A stretch of 64,000 nt of DNA from Paraspadella gotoi (GCA_051294375.1 CM119270.1:1397495-1461494), one strand, 5' to 3'. Shown: positions 51,461 through 63,785, numbered from the stretch's first letter. Made by a program: numbers and translations. Notes: a model not told the origin generated them from the sequence alone.

Positions 51461-52474
51461 CTCTCCACTAACTTTCAAGCTTTATTTATATTTTAATCAT
51501 TTTAATCTATCTTTTTGACTAAACTTCAGTCAGTCTGTCTCCTCTTCACATCTCTCTCTATCTCTCTCTCTCTCTCTCTCTGTTTCTCTCCTTGTCTTTA
51601 TTCTTTGAATCTTTTTGTCTCTGTCTCTCGCTTTTTTCAAAGAAAAATCCTTTAAAAGACAAAAAAGGCAAATGTAGAAAGAAGATAAAGAAATGAACAA
51701 GAATGAATAACAATGAACAACAATCCTCTCAATGGGGAAGATCACAACGACAACAACAACAACAATGAGAATAAAGACACAATAAAAGAGATAATCGAGA
51801 TCATAACAACAACAACAACAACGGAAACTCAAAGATGGACAATGGAGGACAATGAAGATGAGAGAGAGAGAGAGAGAATGAGATAGAGAGTCGGGTGACA
51901 CGCACCATAAAAGGAGATAATAACAACAACGACATCCAAGGCAACAAAAGAGACAATTGAGAAAAAAGACAACGACGATGGCGACGACGACGACAACGAT
52001 CTTAAAAGAGATTTTCTTAATTTTGTAATCTCATTTACATATTATAGTGTTTAATCTAAATGAGATCTCTTTCATTTTATATTTCATTATTACACGTAGT
52101 TGTGTATTTTGTTTTTTTCAGTAGTTAATTACAGTCTTTAGCAATGTATTAACAGGAATCATAATAATATTCACAACGACGACGACGAAGACGACGACGA
52201 TAACGACGACTACAACAAAAGAATTCATCTCATGAGGATCGAATGACGAACCAGACGATCAAAAGAAAGAGAGAGTATGGTGTGCAGGGCAAGTCACAAG
52301 TCAGAAAGTTTTCCCAGGCCTACTTCAAAAAATAAATGAAAGAGAGCAATGAGGATCAATTAACCCAAAGTATTAATGTTTGAGTCAGGCGATAATTGAA
52401 AATGTGATTTTTTATTACAATTGAGAACAGTGAATTCCTAGAGAAAAGTTCTTTACGAGACACCTCAAAGCTAC

Positions 52475-52655
52475 CTGTTTTTGTATTAAGAAAATGTAGC
52501 GGCGGGCCATTTCTTGAACGCCGACCGATGGAGCTTATTGGACAGAATTTCAACCTTCAGGACAGAAATGCGCACGTGCCGAGGACCGTCATTTGCTGAT
52601 AGCGGGCATGAGCGGCGTAGACGTGCTCGGCGCGTAGGATTGCCAGAAGAAAATC
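52475..52655 (-). CDS. Exon of cysteine-rich Ephrin_rec_like repeat protein
   Basis: ttttccccaatcag| ... |GTAGCT; reads GFSSGNPT...NDGP..RAHFCPEG (indels needed). Confidence 0.5.
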
Positions 52656-52860
52656 CTGATTGGGGAAAACAAAATGTTCAAATTTTGTCTCTATTCGCTT
52701 CATGCTGTTTACTAATAATTTGTATTATATCATTACTTATAGGTGTAATACTCCATTCGTATATGTTTGAATTCATACACCATCATGTATTATATTGCAT
52801 TTGAGAGCTGCTATATTTATATGTATAGACAAGCATCATTCTGTGTCTGAGTATATGTAC

Positions 52861-53042
52861 GGAGATAAGTCGTGCTCGTTGGCACTCTTCCTCGGGGTTC
52901 AGTCAAGGCGTAATTTTGTAAAGAAGAGTAGCGCTTGGGCGGCCAGGGCGTGCAGTGTCAAGACTACGTCTTTCCAAAATACGAATAGTTGGAGAAAGTG
53001 CCTGACACACACGACGCGCGGCGAAGAGCTCCATCTTCGGTC
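52861..53042 (-). CDS. Exon of cysteine-rich Ephrin_rec_like repeat protein
   Basis: gcgatag| ... |GTACAT; reads ..CVSGTFSNYSY...CTP.PPKRY...NYALTEP.EEC (indels needed). Confidence 0.55.
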
Positions 53043-53119
53043 CTATCGCGCATAGTATGTTGATGTAGTGAAAAATATATTATAGTAATTGCAGATACTT
53101 TTTATATTAGAGTCCCGCT

Positions 53120-53530
53120 GAGCCGCGGAGCATAGAAATTCTAGAGAGAGATGCTCTAAATGAAGGTATGTCTTCCGGGCCAAAAATACTCCGGGTGGAC
53201 ACGGCCGCGGAAGCTCTCTCGCCTGTGCGCAAATAAAGAAACCGCGCGGGGCAGTCGGAACAGTTAGTCTGCGCCAATTAGCGCCAGGTTGGTACAGATT
53301 TCCTGACGCGGACATTCGTCTGGTTTGGCGCTGGCCTTCGGGCAATAAAGTGACCCGTGCAACAGTTTAATGTCAATCGATTCTCAAAGTGGCCGCACGC
53401 GCTGGAAGCAGTAAAAGCCGCGGCGCACGGGACCCGATGGGCTGGCCAGACCGCGTATGCACGCAAAAACACATCGCAGCGTCGCAGGGGAGGGGCAATC
53501 TGTACGCCTGCGCGCCAATGCCATTCGTTG
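53120..53530 (-). CDS. Exon of cysteine-rich Ephrin_rec_like repeat protein (3' boundary approximate)
   Basis: Acceptor cttttctaag|; with indel correction reads NGIGAQAY.DC.PCD...GLASPSGP.A.GFYC...CTGH.YCPEG.A.PDECP.G.LYQPG...NCSDCP.GF..CAQ...LPRPCPPG.F. Confidence 0.7.
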
Positions 53531-53767
53531 CTTAGAAAAGAAAGAGGAAAATGATTTATTAAAATTTTATTTCATTTTCAAGTAAGGATGTATGAATTTG
53601 ATTAAGGGCCAATCAATCGTTTAAACATCTTCAGGTCTATACATTGTTTTTATTAAATATTTAAATTAAATTAATTATTTATTAAAATCAAACAAAAAAA
53701 ATATGGCCATCACAAAAATCTATGCAATTAATAATAAGTTATTGGTAAATGTCTAGTCTGCTCTTAC

Positions 53768-53950
53768 GGTTTGTACGTCCTCGGGGCAGGGAACTTCGAA
53801 GGTCGGTCCCGTTTGGACTAGAAATGACGGCTACTGTACATTTTGTTGATTGCAGAGTGGGCCGACGCACCACACGCGGAAACAGAAAAAACCCTCCGTA
53901 GGCATGAACCACTAGGCTGAGCTAGACCGAAGCGCGAGCGCAGAATGACC
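53768..53950 (-). CDS. Exon of cysteine-rich Ephrin_rec_like repeat protein
   Basis: ttattgcaag| ... |GTAAGA; with indel correction reads GSFCAR.GLAQPSGSC.EGFFC..GASA....TKCTV.HF.PNGT.FEVPCP.GTYKP. Confidence 0.7.
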
Positions 53951-54237
53951 CTTGCAATAAAGGTTATAAAGACTAGTTACAAAACGGAAAATATAATTTT
54001 AATGTAGTCTTTTTAAAAATTTTTAATCTCCTTGTCTTTTTTGTCTCTCTCCCTTGCTTTCCTTTGCTTCTGTTTTATTGACAGAAATGTCAAGACATTG
54101 CGATTTAATTTAATTAGCCATGGTTGAACGATGAAAATGATAAAACAAGAAAGTTTTTCCTCTGATCCTTACAATTTCTGCTTCATTTTAATCTCATCAG
54201 CATACTATCGTCTCTTATGGCTAAGACTTAGATTTAC

Positions 54238-54391
54238 CTCTGGGGCACCGGAATTGGCCCGTGGCGGTCCGCTTGAGGAACAGAGTAGGATGCCGACATG
54301 GGCATTCGGACTTGGCTGCTAGTTTGGAGTGTGGGCCTTGCGGTCGTGGAAACCATCAAGTGCATGAACCAAAACCCTCATAAGCAAAGGC
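54238..54391 (-). CDS. Exon of cysteine-rich Ephrin_rec_like (GCC2/GCC3) repeat protein
   Basis: ttatttccag| ... |GTAAAT; with indel correction reads GLC.EGFW.C.DGSTTARP...PC.A..CPQ.T...IPCPRG. Confidence 0.6.
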
Positions 54392-54576
54392 CTGGAAATA
54401 ATTAAACGGGGCGTGTGTTTTTTTGTTATTCAGAATTAAATATTTTTAATGCGAGAATACAAAAAATAGTGACGTTTACACTATAGGTTTTTAGAAAATG
54501 ACTAGAACAATTTAATCTTTCATTTTAATTTTAAAATTTATTAAACGAACAGATCGAGAAAAAAAATTGCGAGTAC

Positions 54577-54667
54577 TGCTTGATTCAGGTTACTCCTCGG
54601 GAAAATGGTGAAGCTAAAAGTCTGGAGCAAGCGTCGATAAGGGAGCGCTCATGGTTCGGGAAATTTC
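54577..54667 (-). CDS. Candidate exon of cysteine-rich Ephrin_rec_like repeat gene (noisy)
   Basis: Acceptor ctcataag| after a (CT)n tract; degenerate G.F.N...L..A..C...RGVT sequence fits the repeat register leading into the next exon. Confidence 0.35.
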
Positions 54668-54809
54668 CTTATGAGACGGAGAGGATAGAGAGAGAGAAGA
54701 GAAGTAGAGGAGAGAGAGAAGGAGAGAGAGAGAGAGGAGAAGAGAGAAGACGGACGAAAGTGGGTGTCATGTCGAATTGAACGAGGGAACCACGATAATA
54801 GGATCTCTC

Positions 54810-54842
<33 letters not shown>

Positions 54843-55415
54843 GCTCTCGTCGTCTCTCTGCTCTCTCTCTTCTCTCGTCATACTCTCTCATGCATCTCTT
54901 CCTCTCTCCGTCATCTCTCTGGAGATCTCTCTCTCATCGTCTCTCTCTCTCTCTCTCCTCTGNNNNNNNNNNNNNNNNNNNNNNNNNTCTCTGCCCGACG
55001 CGTGTAAAACATAATCGAGGGATTTTGCCCGACAGTTTCGCCCGAACGCGTCACCCGACGGTCGCCCGAGCGTCGGTCACACGTGACCGACAAGAAGAAT
55101 CTTGGGAAAGAAAAACAGTAGATGAGAGAAAAAAGATAAAAGATGAAAAAATAATAAGAGAAAAATAAAAAATAAAAAAATAAGAAAAAAATATAAATAA
55201 GCGTAGAATGTATTTAAATGAATCGAAATGATAACAAATAGTAGATTAGATATTTAATGAACGCTATAACAAGAAAACCAACTGAATGAAATGAATGAAT
55301 GAACGAATGAATTTATGAATGAACGAAACATGAGTTGATTGGATTAGCATTGAGACAACATCAACGACAACAACGACAGGGAATACTAGATTTAAACCGA
55401 GATAAGAATTAGGAA

Positions 55416-55419
<4 letters not shown>

Positions 55420-55463
<44 letters not shown>

Positions 55464-55735
55464 AGGAGAGAGGGAGAGAGAAGTAAAAGAGAGAGATTGA
55501 TATGATTGATCTGATTGATTTAATTAATGCTCAAAATGTGAAATGTTTATAACACATTAGTAACAATGTAACAGTTAATGAAGCCGTAACATATAACTGT
55601 ATGTACAACATTTTAAAGAAAATGTGAGAATAAATTAACAAAACAAAAAAATACAAAGTGGACTAATTATATAACATAAGTTTTAAATTTCAGTAATTGT
55701 ACATGACATAATCCCGTTCCTTTTTTTAACGTTAC
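55420..55735 (-). repeat. Dispersed repeat copy B (inverted relative to 21572-21900)
   Basis: Same anchors as copy A in reverse orientation, including the microsatellite tail. Confidence 0.85.
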
Positions 55736-55753
55736 AACACTCTCTCTATCGCC

Positions 55754-55800
<47 letters not shown>

Positions 55801-56236
55801 GAGAGAGAGAGAAGCATGTGAAAGAAAGGCAAGAGAAGGGTTCACGAAGCTAATGGTTAAACTTTTGAACAAAATTTGTTTATTATGATGATTGTGATAG
55901 TGATGAATCATTGGACAGTGAATTAAATAAATTGCTCCCTCTCCTCTCTCTCTCCTTCTCTCCTCTAGTCGTATCCCTATCTCTGAACCATATCGTCATT
56001 ATTCGTATTCGCATTTAGACGTAGGCAACGTGGGGCAACTCGCCAGTGACAACGCTTCTCCGCCCATCATATCTTTGCCTACTTTTCATAAGTTTTGGTT
56101 TTATTCACTTCAATAAACTTTTCGGTTCACTGGAATCAAAAGAAAAATTCTCAGCAGGCATTGACGGGGGATCCGAGCATCCGTGAAAGCGGTGACGTTT
56201 TATGGTGAGAGAGAGAGATGAGAGGAGAGAGAATGA

Positions 56237-56273
<37 letters not shown>

Positions 56274-56629
56274 GAAGAGAGAGAGAGAGAGAGGAGAAGA
56301 GAGTAGAGAGAGACTTACTCTTCCCATTTCAATCGCGCCCCGTCGTCTCAGCGGATTCCATAGAATAGCAGAGAAAAAAAATGTTTTTAAATGACGATTC
56401 AATGCCGTCTCGTCTGCTCTCTCTCTCTTTCTCTCTTTTCTCTGCATCTGCGTCTCTCTATCTCTCTCTTCACTCCTCTCTCTCTCTCTCTCTCTTCTCT
56501 TCATCTTTCTGTCTCATTCACGGGCGTCGAGATTGTCCGCATTATTCCAACGCCGGTAGATGATGCCGAATAACGACCAGAGAAAGGAGAGAGAGATGAG
56601 AGAGAGAGGAGAGAGAGAAGAGAGAGAAG

Positions 56630-59600
56630 AGAGAGAGCTCGTTTAAGCACAGTGAATAGAGTTGGTGACTCTTCCCTTCATCTATTCACCTGGAAACTGG
56701 AAACGGAACATAAAATGGACTTCATCTCGGTGGATCGGATGTCGGTTCGGTTCCGTCAGTCGGTCCTGTCAGTCGCATTCAGCCCGCCGGTCCCCCGTCT
56801 TCCTCAATCGTCGTCGTTACGAGTCGTGGCTGATGTCCGTGAGGATGTTCATCAAACGGGTTGGCAACGCGGAGGCGAATGGATGGAGCGGACGTGCTTG
56901 GCGGCTGGCCGGCGGCTGCGGCGGGGCGGCGGAGGCGTGCCGGCTTGTGGGACAATAAAGTGGCGGCCGATCTCTCGAGTTGTCTGTTGTGATGTCCATG
57001 TGATTTTAATTGTAGTATGATGGGAAAATGTGTGAGGGAGGTAAAATATCATAGAGGTAAATGAGATGGGGTACAGAGAAGAGAGAGATGAGCAGCGAGA
57101 GATACACACACTAAGCTCAAGGATGGTAGAAAGAGGCAGAAAAAAAAAACTGAAAAGAATAACCTCAGGATTGAAAAAGTATCTGTGATGGTGGACGGAT
57201 GCTGTTATTTTGATTCATTCAAAGGCCAAAAAAAAAATAATAACAATCACAACGTGGTACTACTTTTTAAATCATTAGGATTAATGTTATAAGAATAAAT
57301 AGATATTTCGTTCAAAATATTTATTTTCCAACGAATATTATTGTTTGGAAATCTTCTTTATCGACGAAATTCTTTTTGTTTTTATTATCTTGGGGCCAAA
57401 CGCTTCTGACGGATTATTTTTTTCCTGCCTTTTTTCGCCTTCGTCATTCTTCTCGACTCGAAACCTCTGGATTCCACATCCCCACAATTGCCTCTCTCTC
57501 TCCACACCCCAAACACGCCCCCATTCTTCCACCGCCCCCCTTTCCTGGAAGCTCAGAGATGTAAAATCGATTCAATTATAAAAAACGAAATTGAATATTT
57601 TTTTCCTTTCTTTCTTTTTTTTCTATTTCGTTTTTTTTGTTCTGAGATATCAGCGGGCTGAAGAGAGATCGTCAGGACGCGCAGTGAATTCGAAGGGAGG
57701 GAGGTAGGGGATATTAAGTAAAGAGGGCGTGGATGAGGGGAGGAGGGAAGAGAAAACGTAGGGAATTAATTCTCGATAGTGCGCTGTACTTGTAGTTCGG
57801 GGCATATTGCCTAAGTTCACCCGCCTATAAAAGAAGCATGGAAAACATTCAGTTATGACCGACCGTTGACGTCATTTAGTAAAGCCATCAGCGATCTTGA
57901 CCTCTATGTACATGAGTTCTAATCCCAAACTGGCGAATATTTGGTAAAGTGAGAGCGAGCAATACTGACCTTTAGCTGTGTATCGTTCTTATAGCGCTTC
58001 CTTCCATTTTTCCTTTTCTCTGCCCTCCTTCCTATTTTTCTTCTCTATTTCAAATTCTCCACGCTTTTGTACTTCCCTCTATATTTAACCTAATCGTTCC
58101 CAGCGACATTATGCATCTGTCTTTCTTCCTGCTCTCTCCTCTCGGGCCTCATGTCGACAATTTACCTTGCCCTCAAGTTCCTTTCTTCTCGTCTTCTCTC
58201 CCTCCTCCTCCCTCTCTTTCGCTCTGNNNNNNNNNNNNNNNNNNNNNNNNNAGAGAGAGAGAGAGACTCGTTAGCACATGAATAGAGTTGGTGACTCTTC
58301 CCTTCTCTTTCACCGGAAACTGAAACGGAACATAATGACTTCATCCGGTGGTCGGTCGGTCGGTCCGTCAGTCGGTCGGTCGGTCCGTCAGTCGGTCTGT
58401 CAGTCCATCAGCCCGCCGTCCCCCTCTCTCATCGTCGTCGTCGTCGTCGTCGTCGTCGNNNNNNNNNNNNNNNNNNNNNNNNNNNNNNNNNNNNNNNNNN
58501 NNNNNNNNNNNNNNNNNNNNNNNNNNNNNNNNNNNNNNNNNNNNNNNNNNNNNNNNNNNNNNNNNNNNNNNNNNNNNNNNNNNNNNNNNNNNNNNNNNNN
58601 NNNNNNNNNNNNNNNNNNNNNNNNNNNNNNNNNNNNNNNNNNNNNGCGGCGGCGGCGGCTTGTGGGAATAAGTGGCGGCCGATTCTCGTTGTTGTTGTAG
58701 TCCATTGAATTTAAATTGAGATGAGGGAAAATGTGTGAGGGAGGTAATATCTAGAGGTAAAGAAGGGGACAGAGAGAGAGAGAGANNNNNNNNNNNNNNN
58801 NNNNNNNNNNNNNNNNNNNNNNNNNNNNNNNNNNNNNNNNNNNNNNNNNNNNNNNNNNNNNNNNNNNNNNNNNNNNNNNNNNNNNNNNNNNNNNNNNNNN
58901 NNNNNNNNNNNNNNNNNNNNNNNNNNNNNNNNNNNNNNNNNNNNNNNNNNNNNNNNNNNNNNNNNNNNNNNNNNNNNNNNNNNNNNNNNNNNNNNNNNNN
59001 NNNNNNNNNNNNNNNNNNNNNNNNNNNNNAAACAATCACAACGTAGGTACTACTTTTTAAAATCAATTATTAATGTTTAAGAATAGATAATATTCGTTCA
59101 AATATTATTTTCCACGAATATTATTTTTGAATTTTTACCAAATTCTTTTTTTTTTTCTTGGGGCCAAACCGCCTGACGGATTAATTTTTTTTCCCTTCGC
59201 CTTCGTCATCTTCTCACTCGAACCCCTCTTCTACATCCCACAATTCCGCTCTCTCCTCCACACCCCAAACCANNNNNNNNNNNNNNNNNNNNNNNNNNNN
59301 NNNNNNNNNNNNNNNNNNNNNNNNNNNNNNNNNNNNNNNNNNNNNNNNNNNNNNNNNNNNNNNNNNNNNNNNNNNNNNNNNNNNNNNNNNNNNNNNNNNN
59401 NNNNNNNNNNNNNNNNNNNNNNNNNNNNNNNNNNNNNNNNNNNNNNNNNNNNNNNNNNNNNNNNNNNNNNNNNNNNNNNNNNNNNNNNNNNNNNNNNNNN
59501 NCCCGCCTATAAGCATGAAGCCTTCAGTTATGACCCCGTGACTCATTGAGTAAAGCCATCAGCTCTTGACCTCTATGTACAAGTTCAATCCCAAACTGGC

Positions 59601-59850
59601 GAATATTTGGTAATGAACTACAATACTGACTTCAGCTTGTATCTCCTCTTTCTCTCCCTCCTTCCTCTTTTTCTTCCTCTATTCAAATTCTCCACCTTTT
59701 TTACTTCCCTCATCTTTACTATCTTCCCCACGCACTTATCAATCTTCTTTCTTCCTGCTCTCTCCCTCTCCCTCATTCACAATTTACCTTCCCTCAATTC
59801 CTCTCTCTCTCTCTCTCCCTCTCCCTCTCCCTCCCTCTCTTTCGCTCTGC
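56630..59850. other. Direct duplication across the 25-N gap at 58227: noisy copy 56630-58226, cleaner gapped copy 58252-59850
   Basis: Shared anchors gaatagagttggtgactcttccctt (56654/58280), aacaatcacaacgt (57242/59031), agtaaagccatcag and cccaaactggcgaatatttggtaa (~57925/~59590). Confidence 0.9.
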
Positions 59851-59961
59851 CCCAAATTTTTTTTCAGAAAATGGACAAAATATTTTTTTATAGCGAATTT
59901 GAAAAAAATAAAAAAAAGATTCCGACGCTAAGAGGATTTTTTGTCAGTTGGACCGGGCGGC

Positions 59962-60006
<45 letters not shown>

Positions 60007-61540
60007 CACCGACGAATAAGGGAAAATATTTAAATATTTAAACAATGGATGTAAGCGATTAAACTCTTGTTGAGTTTTCCGATTTCGAGAGAGAAAAAAA
60101 AATTTAAGGAAAAAGAGAGAATTTTTTGGGTGGAATAAAAATTGAGGNNNNNNNNNNNNNNNNNNNNNNNNNNNNNNNNNNNNNNNNNNNNNNNNNNNNN
60201 NNNNNNNNNNNNNNNNNNNNNNNNNNNNNNNNNNNNNNNNNNNNNNNNNNNNNNNNNNNNNNNNNNNNNNNNNNNNNNNNNNNNNNNNNNNNNNNNNNNN
60301 NNNNNNNNNNNNNNNNNNNNNNNNNNNNNNNNNNNNNNNNNNNNNNNNNNNNNNNNNNNNNNNNNNNNNNNNNNNNNNNNNNNNNNNNNNNNNNNNNNNN
60401 NNNNNNNNNNNNNNTTTAGTCCAGGGGGGAGGGGGCGTTAGTTCCGATGTTTTGTTTCGAACGGAATCAGATGTTTTGGATTTTTTGAAGAGAAAACATT
60501 TGATTGTCAAATGTTTTTCTTTTTGCTTTAAAATCCGCAAACGATTAAACCTTTTCAACATCCGCGCAAATTTTGTCATCTGGAGAAATTTGGTCATCTG
60601 CCTTTCTTCTGTTTTTGCCGGACAAACGGATTTACGGANNNNNNNNNNNNNNNNNNNNNNNNNNNNNNNNNNNNNNNNNNNNNNNNNNNNNNNNNNNNNN
60701 NNNNNNNNNNNNNNNNNNNNNNNNNNNNNNNNNNNNNNNNNNNNNNNNNNNNNNNNNNNNNNNNNNNNNNNNNNNNNNNNNNNNNNNNNNNNNNNNNNNN
60801 NNNNNNNNNNNNNNNNNNNNNNNNNNNNNNNNNNNNNNNNNNNNNNNNNNNNNNNNNNNNNNNNNNNNNNNNNNNNNNNNNNNNNNNNNNNNNNNNNNNN
60901 NNNNNNNNNNNNNNNNNNNNNNNNNNNNNNNNNNNNNNNNNNNNNNNNNNNNNNNNNNNNNNNNNNNNNNNNNNNNNNNNNNNNNNNNNNNNNNNNNNNN
61001 NNNNNNNNNNNNNNNNNNNNNNNNNNNNNNNNNNNNNNNNNNNNNNNNNNNNNNNNNNNNNNNNNNNNNNNNNGAAAGGACTAAGAGACAAAGGACAAAA
61101 AGAGAAGGGACAAAGAGTCCGACGCTCATCGATGCTCTTTTTTCTTTTGGGTGAATAAACGAGAAAAATCTGTGATCCACATTTAATATTAGGAGGAAAG
61201 AAGGAAGATTTTGAAGGAAGTGTCTGTCTATCTGTCTATCCGGCTGACTGTCAGACTTTGTTTGTCTGTCCCCTAGTGTTGGTATTTGTTTTATTCTGTT
61301 TATGAAATATTTTAAACCATTTAATTTAGTTTAGCCTTGAAGAAGGGTTGAGGCTATTAGAAGGATAAAAAGAAAAAAAGGAGAAAAGAGAATGAGGAAG
61401 AAGAAAAAGAAGAGAAAGGCGAGAAAGAAAAGGAAGAGAAAGAAAAAGAATGAGAGAAGGAGAGATAGAAATAAAAGAATAAAGAAGGAGAGAAAGAAAA
61501 AAAAGAGTGAGAAATGGAACCGAAGGAAATTTGTTGAGTC

Positions 61541-62195
61541 AACATGGAATGAGAAAAGAAGAAGACGAAGGAAAATGAATGTCGAGCGTCGAGACGGTCA
61601 CCGCGGGAGAAAGGGGGAGAAGATGGCAGATTCGTTGATGGGGGAAGATGGAGAATGGCATGAGAGATAGCAGGGGAAGATGGCAGATTCGAACATGGAA
61701 TGAGAAAAGAAGAAGACGAAGGAAAATGAACGTCGAGCGTCGAGACGGTCACCGCGGGAGAAAGGGGGAGAAGATGGCAGATTTGATGATGGGGGAAGAT
61801 GGAGTATGGCATGAGAGATAGCAGGGGAAGATGGCAGATTCAAACATGGAATGAGAAAAGAAGAAGACGAAGGAAAATGAACGTCGAGCATCGAGACGGT
61901 CACCGCGGGAGAAAGGGGAAGAAGATGGCAGATTTGATGATGGGGAAAATGGAGTATGGCATGAGAGATAGCAGGGAAAGATGGCAAATTCGAACATGGA
62001 ATGAGAAAAGAAGAAGACGACGGAAAATGAACGTCGAGAGTCGAGACGGTCACCGCGGGAGAAAGGAGGAGAAGATGGCAGATTCGTTGATGGGGGAAGA
62101 TGGAGTATGGCATGAAAGATAGCAGGGGAAGATGGCAGATTCGATGATGGGTTAAGATGGAGAATGGCATAAGAGATAGCAGGGGAAGATGGCAG
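61541..62195. repeat. 151-bp tandem repeat, ~4.3 copies
   Basis: aacatggaatgagaaaag at 61541, 61692, 61843 and 61993; internal sub-repeat GGGGAAGATGG(CAGATT). Confidence 0.95.
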
Positions 62196-62655
62196 TGGAG
62201 ATATACCTGATATGATAGCAGGTCCAGAACGCAGCGCTCCTGAATCCTGATTTGCAGAAGTCCACTCTCCGTATCTTTTGAGCACCCCCAGCAGCAATGG
62301 AAGGGGCCCTAGACTTGGAACCAAGCTCGAAGGATTTCGTCGCCATCACGGTGATTTACGGCCGTCCTCACGCTTCCCGCAGGGTAGGTACTCCGAGGAT
62401 TCGATCCCGGTCTTGTGCTGATGGTATTACTTGATGAGCCACCGGGTCATGCTTATTGGCGGGTTAAACTTGTTGCAATGCGCTATTAAAGAAGTAGTAG
62501 AAAAATACAAATTAAAAGAAAAATTGAGCGTCATTCAAATGTCACTTACCTAAGATCCTGTGAAAGAACAAAACTACCCCACTGCAGATTGTCCAAACTA
62601 TGTTGAGTTATTCAAAAATCTTTGACTATTTCGCCAAGAAGTTCGACCAATGAAA

Positions 62656-62710
<55 letters not shown>

Positions 62711-62857
62711 TCTTCGCCTCACCCTTCCCTTCCCTTCACCTTCACCCTCACACCGCAGTGTCGATTCACATCAGCGTGAAAAACGGGGAAGAGGCTCTGG
62801 TCGGTCGGTCGGTCTGTCTCGCCGCCTCTTATCGTTTTGACCTCTCCATTCGGGGTC

Positions 62858-62908
<51 letters not shown>

Positions 62909-63352
62909 TGAGACGGAGAAAAAGGAAGACAGAGAGGGAGAGAGAGAGATGGCTAAGCCTAAGATAACGTTTCCCTTTTCTCATGGTGGTAAAAAGGTCT
63001 TGCTGCGCATGTCCCGATGTCTGGTGCCAAGCAGAGGGGAGAAAGCAAAGAGCCAAAGTGCTTGGGGAAGAAGAAGAAGAAGAGAAGGAGGAGGAGGGAA
63101 AGACACTTTCCTTGAAAATAGGTCAAATAGTCATTAGTCAAATAGTACAGATTTAAAAAAGATGAGCTTCTGGCGATTCCGAAAATGTATTCACTTTAAG
63201 CATTTGATTCTACAACATTTTATATCTGTTTAAATTATAATTAATTCATTTATGTCGCTTTCACGAAAAACAATTAAGTGAATACGGAGAAAGAAAACTG
63301 TAGATCTCTCGTACTAACAGAACGACAAACCAGTTGGAGAAAGGAACTGGTC

Positions 63353-63358
63353 AAAAAA
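63353..63358 (-). terminator. Pol III terminator (T6) for tRNA-Glu
   Basis: A6 on + strand 5 nt downstream of the tRNA 3' end. Confidence 0.75.
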
Positions 63359-63363
63359 TATAT

Positions 63364-63435
63364 TTCCCATGCGGGGAATCGAACCCCGGCCGCGGCGGTG
63401 AGAGCGCCGAATCCTAACCACTAGACCACATGGGA
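63364..63435 (-). tRNA. tRNA-Glu (anticodon CTC)
   Basis: Reverse complement TCCCATGTGGTCTAGTGGTTAGGATTCGGCGCTCTCACCGCCGCGGCCGGGGTTCGATTCCCCGCATGGGAA: 72 nt, full cloverleaf, A and B boxes intact. Confidence 0.97.
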
Positions 63436-63702
63436 TAATTAGTTTAGTCTGGAAAATATACGGATAAAAAATCGCTTCGAAAAAAATGTAAATTTCATTC
63501 ATATGTATATATAGAGAAAATTTAAAAACCAAATTAGGAAATTTAATTAAAAAAACATAAAATAATGAAAAAAATGTTGAATTAATAAAACCCGAGACAG
63601 TTAACGGAATACGTGGGGTCATACTTAGTCTAAAACTAAAATCCTGATTGGTCGAAAAGCGGTCGGTGAATTTAATCGTTTTCGTCAGTTTTTTCATTCA
63701 CG

Positions 63703-63711
63703 AAAAAAAAA
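63703..63711 (-). terminator. Pol III terminator (T9) for tRNA-Ala
   Basis: A9 on + strand immediately downstream of the tRNA 3' end. Confidence 0.8.
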
Positions 63712-63712
63712 T

Positions 63713-63785
63713 TGGAGGATCCGGGTATCGATCCCGGTACTTCTCGCATGCTAAGCGAGCGCTCTACCATTTGAGCTAATCCCCC
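63713..63785 (-). tRNA. tRNA-Ala (anticodon AGC)
   Basis: Reverse complement GGGGGATTAGCTCAAATGGTAGAGCGCTCGCTTAGCATGCGAGAAGTACCGGGATCGATACCCGGATCCTCCA: 73 nt, G3:U70 identity pair, GATCG T-loop as in eukaryotic tRNA-Ala(AGC). Confidence 0.97.
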
